Assembly: GCA_937983105.1 (NCBI GenBank)
Contig: CALKAM010000031.1
Span: forward strand, 85,553-149,552
Reading direction: 5' to 3'
DNA from: an uncultured Planifilum sp.
GTDB taxonomy: Bacteria > Bacillota > Bacilli > Thermoactinomycetales > DSM-44946
Length of the DNA: 64,000 nt
A program made the position numbers and the translations under genes. Each line of letters opens with the position of its first letter. Positions within the stretch are counted from its first letter, which is position 1. The notes under the pieces are model-generated. The model was given only the letters and a program-made list of their open reading frames with translations, had not been told where the DNA came from and did not search any database. Shown piece after piece: positions 44,635 to 53,717 of this stretch.

Positions 44635-45675
44635 TCAATCCCCCCTTTGCTTTTCTTCTTCTCCCCACCGGATCACCGTCGCCCCCCAGGCGTAACCGAT
44701 CCCCGCGCTGACGAGGACGACCAAATCCCCCTCCCGGATTTTGTTCTCCCGGAGTCCCAGCTCCAGGGACAATACGGGATCAAACTGCCCGATGTGCCCG
44801 TAATGATCCAGATAAATCGTCTGATCCCCGGACAGCCCCAGCTCCCCCAAAATCCGTTCGTGGGCCGACCGCTTCATATGAAGGATTCCGAGATAGTCGA
44901 TGTCCCGCTCCGTATAACCGCTCTTGTCCAGGGCTCGGCGAATCGCTTCGAGAAAGTTGCGGATCGACCGCTCCTCCAGCCGCCGCTTCATCCCCCGGGG
45001 ATCCGGGACATCCAGGAGGTGATCCCCCCGGGCGATCCCCTCCGCAGTCAGCGGCATCCTGGTTCCCCCGGCCCGGATCACCACGTCCTCGGAGAAGGAG
45101 CCGTCGGTGATGAGGTGGCTTTCCATCACGGCATTTCGGGACAAGCCCCGCCGCAGAATCACCGCCCCCGCTCCGGCCGCCAGGTTAAACAAGAAGCGGG
45201 TTCGCTCGTTCCGGTAATCCACCAGGTCCACATTCCGGTATCCGCCGGCCAGAAGCACCGTGCGGATCGACGGATCGGCCAGCATCATGTCCTTCGCCAA
45301 TTTCATCCCCAAGATGAGCGTCCCGCAGCGCTGGGACACGTCGAAGGCCCAGGCCCGCCACGCCCCCACCAGCCGCTGCAGGTGAATCCCTGCGGTCCAT
45401 ACGGGATATTCCTTGTACTCTTCGCCGACATATACGACCACATCGATTGTCTCCGGGTCGATGCCCGCCCCGGCGATGGCCTTCCGGGCGGCGCGGGCCC
45501 CCATCTCGCAGGTGTGATCGTCATCCCCGGGAATCGGTTTCTGGACAATCCCCATCTTTCGCTCCACCACATCCACCGGCAGGCCCGCGGCCGCCGCGAT
45601 CTCCCGTCCGGTCATCACCCGCTTTGGAAGATAGACGCCGGTGGACAAAATGCCGATGCTCTCACGGGACACCAT
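44635..45675 (-). CDS. FabH/KAS-III-fold enzyme with Cys-His-His instead of Cys-His-Asn
   Basis: GVYLP, AFDVSQRCG (Cys), ILHMK (His), HYGHIG in place of HGNT, SAGIGYAWG; TGATG coupling to livM. Confidence 0.85.
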   Translation of the reverse strand: MVSRESIGILSTGVYLPKRVMTGREIAAAAGLPVDVVERKMGIVQKPIPGDDDHTCEMGARAARKAIAGAGIDPETIDVVVYVGEEYKEYPVWTAGIHLQRLVGAWRAWAFDVSQRCGTLILGMKLAKDMMLADPSIRTVLLAGGYRNVDLVDYRNERTRFLFNLAAGAGAVILRRGLSRNAVMESHLITDGSFSEDVVIRAGGTRMPLTAEGIARGDHLLDVPDPRGMKRRLEERSIRNFLEAIRRALDKSGYTERDIDYLGILHMKRSAHERILGELGLSGDQTIYLDHYGHIGQFDPVLSLELGLRENKIREGDLVVLVSAGIGYAWGATVIRWGEEEKQRGD

Positions 45676-46679
45676 CAAACCTTCTCCCCCTCAAAACCGG
45701 GATCGGATCGGCGCGCTACCGACCGGGAGGACCGCCACTCCCGGATCGTTCCGACAATCCCCTTGGGAAAAAAGAGGACGGCCAAAATGTACACGATGCC
45801 GAACAAAATGATCCACCGTTCAAACAACAGGTGCACCTTGGCCAAATCGGTCAGCACATCGTGGGTCAGTTCGATCAGCGCCGCCCCGACGATGCCCCCC
45901 AACAGGGTGCCGACGCCGCCGATGATGGTCATCAGCAGCACATCCAGGGTGATCTCGACGGAAAAAACGGCGGTGTTGACGAAGCGGAGGGTCAACCCGT
46001 ACAAAAGTCCGCTCAGCCCTGCGAGAACGCCGGACAGGACGCTGGCCGCCACTTTGTAGTCGAGCACCCGATATCCCAGGGCCTCCGCCCGCTGCTCATT
46101 CTCCCGGATCGCCTGCAGTACCCGCCCCATCGGCGACCGGGTGAAGCGGAGCAGCAGGTAAAAGGTAAAAATCATGAAGAACAGGGCGATGAAATAGACC
46201 GTTTCCCGGTCCCGCAGCCAATCGGGAACCGAAAAGGTGAACCCGTCATTCCCCATGGTGAGGCTGCGCCACTTTTCCGCCGCCACCTGAAACAGGCCGG
46301 CGAAGGCCAGGGTCAACATGGCGTAATAATGGCTCTTCAGCCGCAGGGACAACATGCCCACCCCGTAACTGACCAGTGCCGCCAGGGCGATCGTCACCAG
46401 GACCGACAGAAAAAAGCTTTCCGTCGTCGCGTCCCCCCGCTTCATCAGGATCCCGACGGTGTAGGCCCCGATCCCGAAAAACATTGCATGGCCGAAGGAG
46501 ACGATGCCGGTGAATCCCAGCAGCAAATCGTAACTCATGGCGAAAACGGCGAAGATGAATATCTGCGTCAACAGAATCAGGGTGCTGCGGGAATCCGTCA
46601 GAAAGGGAAGCAGACACAATATCGCCACGATGCCCCCATATAGAAAACGCGACCGGGAAACGGCGGTTTGCCGAACCAT
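45675..46679 (-). CDS. Branched-chain-amino-acid-type ABC permease (LivM-like)
   Basis: LLLGFTGIVSFGHAMFFGIGAY, SPMGRVLQAIRENE.RA..LG, IIGGVGT. Confidence 0.9.
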   Translation of the reverse strand: MVRQTAVSRSRFLYGGIVAILCLLPFLTDSRSTLILLTQIFIFAVFAMSYDLLLGFTGIVSFGHAMFFGIGAYTVGILMKRGDATTESFFLSVLVTIALAALVSYGVGMLSLRLKSHYYAMLTLAFAGLFQVAAEKWRSLTMGNDGFTFSVPDWLRDRETVYFIALFFMIFTFYLLLRFTRSPMGRVLQAIRENEQRAEALGYRVLDYKVAASVLSGVLAGLSGLLYGLTLRFVNTAVFSVEITLDVLLMTIIGGVGTLLGGIVGAALIELTHDVLTDLAKVHLLFERWIILFGIVYILAVLFFPKGIVGTIREWRSSRSVARRSDPGFEGEKV

Positions 46680-46683
46680 CCCC

Positions 46684-47544
46684 TCACCCCCTCGCTCCGA
46701 ACAGGCCGGAAGGTTTAAACAGGAGCACGGCCGCCATCAGCAGCATATTGACCGCCAGGGCGGCGTCGGGCAGAAAATAATTCATGAAGGCGCTGGACAG
46801 TCCCACCATCACCGCCGCCATGGCGGAACCGGAAACGCTGCCCAGGCCCCCGACCACCACGACGATAAAGGCGAGGATCGCGTACTCCATCCCCATTTCC
46901 GCGTAAATCACTCCCGAATACGGAGCGAACAGCATGCCCGCCAGCGCCGCCAAAACGGCTCCCAGCACGAACACCAGCAAAAAATATCGTTTTACATTAA
47001 TGCCTAGCGATTCCACCATCTCGCGATGGATCACGCCCGCCCGGATGATCAGCCCCACCCGGGTCTTCTTCAGCAGCCATTGCAGCAGCGCAAAGACCAG
47101 AGCCCCCGCCGCGATGACAAAGATCCGGTACTTGATCAGGACGATCTCACCGATCCGCCAACTGCCTTCCAGGAGATTGAGCGTCGGAACACTGATCTGA
47201 TTGGGACCCCAGACCACCTTCACCATCTCGCTCAGTACCAACATCACACCGAGGGTGATCAAAATCTGCCGCGTGGAGTCCCCGTAAACCGGCTGAATGA
47301 TCAGGCGTTCCATGATCAAACCCAACAGCAGCCCGGCCGAACATGCGCCCAGAAGCCCCGCAAGAAAACTTCCGGTCCAAAGATAGAACCAGACTCCGGC
47401 ATAGGCGCCCCAGACGAACAGCCCGCCGTGGGCAAAATTGAGCACGTGCATGAGGCCGAAAATGAGAGTCAATCCCGCGGCCAGGAGAAAGAGAAGCATT
47501 CCCGTCGCCAAACCGTTGATGATCAGATTGATCGCAATATCCAT
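46684..47544 (-). CDS. Branched-chain-amino-acid-type ABC permease (LivH-like)
   Basis: GLTLIFGLMHVLNFAHG, TRVGLIIRA, FIVVVVGGLGS. Confidence 0.9.
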   Translation of the reverse strand: MDIAINLIINGLATGMLLFLLAAGLTLIFGLMHVLNFAHGGLFVWGAYAGVWFYLWTGSFLAGLLGACSAGLLLGLIMERLIIQPVYGDSTRQILITLGVMLVLSEMVKVVWGPNQISVPTLNLLEGSWRIGEIVLIKYRIFVIAAGALVFALLQWLLKKTRVGLIIRAGVIHREMVESLGINVKRYFLLVFVLGAVLAALAGMLFAPYSGVIYAEMGMEYAILAFIVVVVGGLGSVSGSAMAAVMVGLSSAFMNYFLPDAALAVNMLLMAAVLLFKPSGLFGARG

Positions 47545-47590
47545 GCGGACCTGACACCCTCTTCCCCGTGATACTCCATCGCGAAGAAAC

Positions 47591-49042
47591 TCAAGCGATT
47601 CCCAGGTACCGCCGTTGCAATTCCTTTTCCTCTTTTAACGCGTCCATCGGACCGGTGTGGACACATCGCCCGCCGTCCAGGATCACAAACCGATCCCCCA
47701 CGGCCTGGGCCATGGAAAAGTTTTGCTCCACCAGCAAAATGGTGGTCCGCTCCTTGATCTGCCGGATCCCTTCGACCATTTTGTCCACCATGATCGGTGC
47801 CAGACCCTTGCTCGGCTCGTCGATCAACAGCAGAGACCGGTTCTGGATGAAGGCCCGGGCGATCGAGAGCATCTGTTTCTGTCCCCCGCTCAATTGCCCC
47901 CCTTTTCGTCGCCAATACACCTTTAAATCGGGGAAGAGCTCCAAAATCCAAGCCAGCCGATCCGACACTGCAGGATCATCCCTCCCCATGGCCACCTTCA
48001 GATTCTCTTCCACCGTCAAATCACCGAAGATGCCCATATCCTCGGGAACATAGCCGATCCCTTTCCGGGCGATCACATGGGTGGGCAGGGATTGGATCTG
48101 CTCCCCTTCAAACCGCACCTCTCCCCGGACCACCGGGGAAAGCCCCATGATCGACCGGATCGTCGTGGTCTTCCCCGCTCCGTTCCTCCCCAACAGCACC
48201 GTCACTTCTCCCCGGGGAACCCCGAAGGAGACCCCCTGGAGGATGTGGAAGCGGCCGATCATGGTGTGAATTCCCTTCACTTCAAGGAGCATGAGCGTCC
48301 CCCCCAGATAGGCCGATTGCACCCGTTCATCCTTCATGATCTCCTCCGGCGTGCCCTCCGCCAGCAGGCGGCCGGCGGCCAGCACCAACACCCGGTCCGA
48401 AAGGCTGAGGATCAGGTCCATCTTGTGCTCGATCAGCAGGATGGTCCGTTCACCCTCCTCCCTCAGAAGGCGGATCACCTCCAGAATGGCCGGCACCTCT
48501 TCCCGGGACATGCCGGCGGTCGGCTCATCCAGCAATAGCAATTCCGTTTCCAGGGCGAGGAGCATGGCGATTTCCAATTGGCGTTGTTCCCCGTGGGTCA
48601 AATTTTTGGCCGGCATCGCCGCCTTTGGCAGGAGACGAACCTTCTCCAGCCAATGCGTCGTCTTTTCTTCCAACTCCGGATATCCGTCGGCCCGGGTCCA
48701 CATCGGATAGCGGATGCCCATGCGGGATTGGACCGCCAGCCGGACATTCTCCCGAACCGTCAGGCCGGGAAATACGTTGGTGATCTGGAAGGAACGGCCG
48801 ATCCCCTCCCGGGTCCGGGCATGCGAAGCGAGGTGGGTGATCTCCCGCCCCTTAAACCGGATGCTCCCCCGGGTCGGCTTCAGCTGTCCGCTCAGCAGAT
48901 TGAAAAAGGTGGTCTTCCCCGCGCCGTTGGGACCGATGATGGACGTGAGCCGGTTCTTCGGAATTTTGACGCTCACCCCGTCGACCGCGACATGGCCCCC
49001 GAAGGCGATGGTCAAGTCGCGGGTTTCCAAAAGGGTCTCCAT
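47591..49042 (-). CDS. LIV-type ABC ATPases LivG and LivF in one reading frame (fusion, or two genes with an internal start at 48292)
   Basis: Two Walker A motifs (GPNGAGKTT, GRNGAGKTT), LTHGEQ and LSGGQ signatures, two DEP motifs. No stop between ..SAYLGG and MLLEVKG; the junction contains a G7 run. Confidence 0.88.
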   Translation of the reverse strand: METLLETRDLTIAFGGHVAVDGVSVKIPKNRLTSIIGPNGAGKTTFFNLLSGQLKPTRGSIRFKGREITHLASHARTREGIGRSFQITNVFPGLTVRENVRLAVQSRMGIRYPMWTRADGYPELEEKTTHWLEKVRLLPKAAMPAKNLTHGEQRQLEIAMLLALETELLLLDEPTAGMSREEVPAILEVIRLLREEGERTILLIEHKMDLILSLSDRVLVLAAGRLLAEGTPEEIMKDERVQSAYLGGTLMLLEVKGIHTMIGRFHILQGVSFGVPRGEVTVLLGRNGAGKTTTIRSIMGLSPVVRGEVRFEGEQIQSLPTHVIARKGIGYVPEDMGIFGDLTVEENLKVAMGRDDPAVSDRLAWILELFPDLKVYWRRKGGQLSGGQKQMLSIARAFIQNRSLLLIDEPSKGLAPIMVDKMVEGIRQIKERTTILLVEQNFSMAQAVGDRFVILDGGRCVHTGPMDALKEEKELQRRYLGIA

Positions 49043-49114
49043 CGGTTCACCCCCGTTCAAGCGAGGAGGCATTCGCGCCCCTTCGACGGCCGGACGCCGG
49101 TCCGCCGCACGCCC

Positions 49115-50329
49115 TTACCGCTGGTTTTCGATCGGCGGTGCCGCCTCCTCCGGTGAAATTTCGCGGATCAACACCGGTTCCGGTCCATCGGAACCCTTTT
49201 TCTTTTCCAGCTTGACCGCATACATCGCCTGGAGGGCCTGATGATCCTCCGGGCGGAAGGTCATTTTCCCTTTGGGCGTCTCAAAGGACATGCCCTCCAT
49301 CGTCTGAATCAATCGCTCCGCATCCGGATCCCCGCCGGTTTTCTCCAGGGCTTCGACGATGGCTATCGCCGCCGACATTCCACCGGGGGTGAACAGGTCC
49401 GGCGGATCTCCGAAGCGCTCCCGATGCTCCCTCACCAGCCAATCGTTGACCGGATTTTTCGGAAGGGAGTAGTGATATACCGTAAAGCCCTCCATCCCGA
49501 CCATCGGCTTCATAACCTGCATCGCCGCGAAATCCGGCACCCCGGTGGAAACTTTGATCCCTCGCTCCTGGACCTTCATGTCCGCCAGCTGTTTCCAAGG
49601 CGTATTGGCCCCCGACCAGATGACAAAGAGGTAGTCCGGCTTTTTCATAATAATTTTCTGGATATTCGGAGTAAAATCGGTGGCCTTCGGATCGGCATAC
49701 TCCTCCAGAACGATTTCAGCCCCCAATTTCTCCGCCGCTCGTTTGAAGGCGGCCACCCCATCCCGACCAAAGGCGTAATCCGGAGCCAGGGTGGCGATTT
49801 TCACCCCCGGTCCGGCGATGGCCCGGGCACCGGCCACGGCGTCCTGGGAGGAATTGCGCGCTGTCCGGAAAATATACCGGTTCCAATCGTCCCCGGTGAT
49901 GCTGTCCGCCACCGCGGGTTCCACCACCATCACCCGCTGGTACTCCTCCGCCAGGGGCAGGATAGCCAAAGTGTCCGCCGAGCTGGACGCCCCCACCAAA
50001 ATGTCCACCTCGTCCTCCTCCAGCAGTTTCGTCGCCTTCTGAACCGCCACATCCGGCTTGGTCTCCGTATCCTCCACGATCCACTCGATGGATCGTCCCG
50101 CCACCCTCTTCGTTCCTTCGGTGGCGTATTCGATTCCCAGCTCAAACCCGTTGATCGTCTGCTCCCCGTAGGACTCCAGCGCCCCCGTCTTTGAAACCAG
50201 AAGTCCGATCTTGATCGGCTCTCCGCTGCCGGAAGCCGACTCGGACCCGGCCGGGCCGCAACCAGTGCTCAGCATCAACAGGACTGAAAGCGCGAGCATC
50301 CATCCGATGATGCTGATCCGCCGTTTCAT
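49115..50329 (-). CDS. LIV-family substrate-binding lipoprotein
   Basis: Lipobox LSTGC; IKIGLL, SKTG.L..YG, YIFRTARNSSQD, DYAFG, FRPEDHQA. Confidence 0.9.
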   Translation of the reverse strand: MKRRISIIGWMLALSVLLMLSTGCGPAGSESASGSGEPIKIGLLVSKTGALESYGEQTINGFELGIEYATEGTKRVAGRSIEWIVEDTETKPDVAVQKATKLLEEDEVDILVGASSSADTLAILPLAEEYQRVMVVEPAVADSITGDDWNRYIFRTARNSSQDAVAGARAIAGPGVKIATLAPDYAFGRDGVAAFKRAAEKLGAEIVLEEYADPKATDFTPNIQKIIMKKPDYLFVIWSGANTPWKQLADMKVQERGIKVSTGVPDFAAMQVMKPMVGMEGFTVYHYSLPKNPVNDWLVREHRERFGDPPDLFTPGGMSAAIAIVEALEKTGGDPDAERLIQTMEGMSFETPKGKMTFRPEDHQALQAMYAVKLEKKKGSDGPEPVLIREISPEEAAPPIENQR

Positions 50330-50357
50330 CCCTCACCCCTCCTTCGCCTTTGATTCG

Positions 50358-50390
50358 ATCATAGCGGCGAGGGGTTACAAAGCGGTTACA
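50358..50390 (-). promoter_or_regulatory. Heptamer direct repeat plus -10 upstream of the ABC/FabH/PhaZ operon
   Basis: Minus strand TGTAACC-gctt-TGTAACC-9 nt-TATGAT. Confidence 0.7.
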
Positions 50391-50424
50391 GCGGACAAAA
50401 CGCCCACCGGAGGGCCTGAGGGCA

Positions 50425-53400
50425 TCACGAGACGAAGGGGTCCGGATCGCCCCCGCCGACGCCCCGGGCAGGGCCATCAACCGGGGTTTCATCGCCCAAA
50501 TCGCCTTCCCGGATCATCCGATAAAGTCGCTCAGTCTCGGGCATCGGGGCAATGTCGAGCTCCCGCTCCAGCGTTTGCCGGCAGCGGCGGTACCATTTGA
50601 TGGATTGGGGACGATTATTTTTGCGGAAATAGGCGATCATCAGCAGGCGATACGCCTCCTCCCAGCAGGAATCCTGCCGAAGAATCCGTTCACTCCAGTA
50701 AATCACCCCATCATCATCCCCCGCATCCAACAACAGCTGCGCCAGCCGCTCCGCCCCCCGGAGAAACAGCGTATCCAGCCGCTCCCTCTCTTCCCGGCAC
50801 CAGTCATCGTAACGCCGCTCCGGAAGATACTCTCCCTTATACAGGGACAGCCCGGCGGCGAGAACGTTCCGGGCGCGATCCGGGTTCCGCGATTGCAACC
50901 CCTCCAGAATCCGCCGCTCAAATTCGGCGGCATCCAGCTCAAATCCCGACGCCGGATTCAGTCCGTACATCGATCCCTGCCGCTGGATGAAAAAGGGCGT
51001 CGACCGGGCGGGACGACCGGGTTCCAATACCTGGTTCAATGCGTGGAGGGCCACCTTAAAATCCCGGGATGCCGCCGACTTCTCCACCCCCGGCCACAGG
51101 AGGGAGAGAATTTCCTCCTTGGGAAGCAGATGCTGCCGCCGGGTGATAAACAGCTGGAGAAGCTCCTTCGCTTTCCACCGTTGCCACCCCTTCTCCTCCA
51201 CCGGTTCATCCCCCAGCCACACGCGGAAACCGCCCAGGGTCTCCACCCGCAGGGTGTAGCCGGGGTGGAAGGTGATCCGTTCAAAGCCCAAATCCGCCAA
51301 CAAGTGGGAGACATACGCTTCCTTCACACCTTGCCGCTGGGCTTCGAACAGCAGCCGGGTCACCCATTGCACATCGGACGGTCCGAAGAGGGTGCGGCGC
51401 CGGAGGAGGTACTCATGTTCCCCCGTGCGCATCCAGTTTAGAAAGCGCTCCATGCAGGTGGAGAATCGATCCTGTTCCTTCAGTTTAAAGGCCGCCAGCG
51501 CCTGCCACAGGGAAGTGACGGTCAAACCGTAGCTGTCACCACAGCGGGCAAAATCCCGGCTGCACTGCGCAAACCACCCGTCAGCCTCCTTCCAGCGGGA
51601 GGCATGGGCGCAGGCGATCCCCATGGCCAGGCGGATCAGCGTGGAAAGCCAAAAATCCTTCGCCCGCTCCGTTTCGGTCAACGCTTCTTCCCCGCAAGCC
51701 AAGGCCGATTCAACGGAACCCTCCCGCCCGTAGAGCAGACACAGTCCCATCAGCGGTTCCGCCTTTCCCCGGGAAACCTTCAGCTCCTCCATCAGATCCA
51801 GGGATGTCCGGTAACAGTCGGCAGAAAGTTGCGTCTCATACCGGTTCAACAGCTGGACGGCGTGGCCCATGCGCATCCAACCGCACGCCTCCACAAAGGG
51901 AACCTGCCACCGAACCCCCTGCATGATGCCTGCTTCGGCAAATTGCTTGGCCCGTTCAGGCTCCCCCATCATCGCGTGGATCAGGGACAACAGGACATCC
52001 GTTTCCCGGTGGGATCGGGGAAGGCGAAGTCTTTCCCGGCCCGTCTCCACCCGTTTTTTTCGTTCTAGAATTTGTTTGGCCTGAACCAGCTGGCCGGTTC
52101 GCAGGTAATAGCGGGCCTCCAACTCCTCCTCCCCGTCGGGCGGCTCCCTGCTCTTGGCCACCCACTCGCCGGCGTCATCGCCTCGGCCGTAATTGACCAG
52201 GTTTTCGGCGATCAAACGGGTGAGACGCCTCCGCTGCTTTTCCGCCCCCGCGACGCCCTCCAACACATCCAAGGCGCGATTCAAGAGGCGCTCCGCCTCC
52301 TGGGGTTGGATCGTATCGAGGAAAATTCGCGCCTGCCCCTCGAGGGCCATGCTGACTCCCCGGACATCTCCCCTGTCCTCGGCCAGCCGCTCCCCGCGGG
52401 CATAGCAGTCCATCGCCCGGGCATAGGAACAACGGTACCGATTCACTTCCCCCTCCAACACCCAGAGCGAATAGCGCCGATCCTTCACCTCTTCGGGCAA
52501 TTCAGAAAGGGCCGTTTCAATCGGATCCAGCCGGCCCTGATCCAACATCGCCGGGCCGTGTTCCTCCAAAAAACGGCTGATGCTCTCGGCATCCTTCGTC
52601 TCGAGCATCAGGCGAACCGCTTCGTCAAACCGCCGGTTCCGACAGTAATGCTCGGCAGCGAAACGGTAAAAGGAAAGCCGTTCTTCAGGCCTCTGTTCCA
52701 ACTTTTGTCGAAGGTAATTCCGGAAAAGGGGGAGGTAGCAAAAGGCCCCCTCCTCTGTCCGCCTTAGAAAGAGGTGTTGACGCAGGAGATGCTCCTGGAT
52801 TTGTCGGGCGTCCGCCTCCGGATACGATGCCTCCAAATCCTCCAAAGACCACGCATCCAATAGGGCTGTCTGCATAAAAAACCGCCGGACATCGTGGGGT
52901 TGTTTCTCCCATACCGCCGCATCCAGAAAAGGAAACAACTCCGCCCCAATCTCCTCGGCGAACTGCTCTTCCATCCTGCGGAATCTGGCGAACTTTTCCC
53001 CGATCAGCCGAAGGGCCAGTACCCATCCCCCCGTCTGTGCATGGAGCCGTTTGGAGTCGTCCGGCGAAAGGGCGATCCCGTACTCGTCAGCCAGCCACAC
53101 CGCCGCCTCTTCCTCGGAAAAGGAGAGATCATCGCCGGTCAGCTCCAACACGTTTCCCTTCACCCGCATCTCCGCCAACCGGGGCCAATGGGGACGGGTC
53201 CGGCTGATCAGCACGAGGTGGAAACCCTCCGGCAAATGGGACACAAACCACTCCATCCATCGGGCCAGAAACGGTTCCTCCTCCGCCAGATGCCAGTTAT
53301 CCAGCACGAAGACCGCCCGTTCCTCGAGGAGAACCAACTCGTTGAGGAGATCCGATCCCAGATCAAACCATTCGTCCGCTTCCGGGTCTTCCTCCCCCCG

Positions 53401-53712
53401 CTCCAACCGGTGCCGCCAGGTCTCACCGATCGAGGGGAATCGGGCATTCAACGCGCTGAGCAGATAGCGAAAAAAAACGGCCGGTTTCGCATCGCCCTCT
53501 CCGATTCGATACCAACCGGGAGTCAGCTGCTCATCCTGAAAAAAACAGGCGACAGCGGCGGTTTTGCCGTATCCCGGGCCGGCATGGACCAGGGTGAGGG
53601 GGGATTGGACCCATCCTTTCAACTTTTTCGCCAACTCCGGTCTCCGAAAAGTGCGGGGGCTCGGAAGCGGAGGGATCCACTTCGTTTTCAGGATGCGCTG
53701 TCCTGTTCTCAT
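50425..53712 (-). CDS. Large transcriptional activator: MalT-like ATPase, TPR region, C-terminal OmpR-type wHTH plus BTAD
   Basis: HAGPGYGKT Walker A, VFVLDNWH Walker B, helical repeats; LRVETLGGFRV..KAKELL..EILSLLWP; BTAD motifs (D..EFE, YKGEYL, EERERL, EEAYRLLM, ERELDIAPMPET). Confidence 0.9.
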   Translation of the reverse strand: MRTGQRILKTKWIPPLPSPRTFRRPELAKKLKGWVQSPLTLVHAGPGYGKTAAVACFFQDEQLTPGWYRIGEGDAKPAVFFRYLLSALNARFPSIGETWRHRLERGEEDPEADEWFDLGSDLLNELVLLEERAVFVLDNWHLAEEEPFLARWMEWFVSHLPEGFHLVLISRTRPHWPRLAEMRVKGNVLELTGDDLSFSEEEAAVWLADEYGIALSPDDSKRLHAQTGGWVLALRLIGEKFARFRRMEEQFAEEIGAELFPFLDAAVWEKQPHDVRRFFMQTALLDAWSLEDLEASYPEADARQIQEHLLRQHLFLRRTEEGAFCYLPLFRNYLRQKLEQRPEERLSFYRFAAEHYCRNRRFDEAVRLMLETKDAESISRFLEEHGPAMLDQGRLDPIETALSELPEEVKDRRYSLWVLEGEVNRYRCSYARAMDCYARGERLAEDRGDVRGVSMALEGQARIFLDTIQPQEAERLLNRALDVLEGVAGAEKQRRRLTRLIAENLVNYGRGDDAGEWVAKSREPPDGEEELEARYYLRTGQLVQAKQILERKKRVETGRERLRLPRSHRETDVLLSLIHAMMGEPERAKQFAEAGIMQGVRWQVPFVEACGWMRMGHAVQLLNRYETQLSADCYRTSLDLMEELKVSRGKAEPLMGLCLLYGREGSVESALACGEEALTETERAKDFWLSTLIRLAMGIACAHASRWKEADGWFAQCSRDFARCGDSYGLTVTSLWQALAAFKLKEQDRFSTCMERFLNWMRTGEHEYLLRRRTLFGPSDVQWVTRLLFEAQRQGVKEAYVSHLLADLGFERITFHPGYTLRVETLGGFRVWLGDEPVEEKGWQRWKAKELLQLFITRRQHLLPKEEILSLLWPGVEKSAASRDFKVALHALNQVLEPGRPARSTPFFIQRQGSMYGLNPASGFELDAAEFERRILEGLQSRNPDRARNVLAAGLSLYKGEYLPERRYDDWCREERERLDTLFLRGAERLAQLLLDAGDDDGVIYWSERILRQDSCWEEAYRLLMIAYFRKNNRPQSIKWYRRCRQTLERELDIAPMPETERLYRMIREGDLGDETPVDGPARGVGGGDPDPFVS

Positions 53713-53717
53713 GGCAC

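Noticed and set aside
45675-50329. Literal branched-chain amino acid transporter annotation
   Set aside because: Family membership is clear, but the context (esterases, acyl-CoA ligase, shared operator) argues against assigning Leu/Ile/Val as the substrate, so no liv gene symbols are given.
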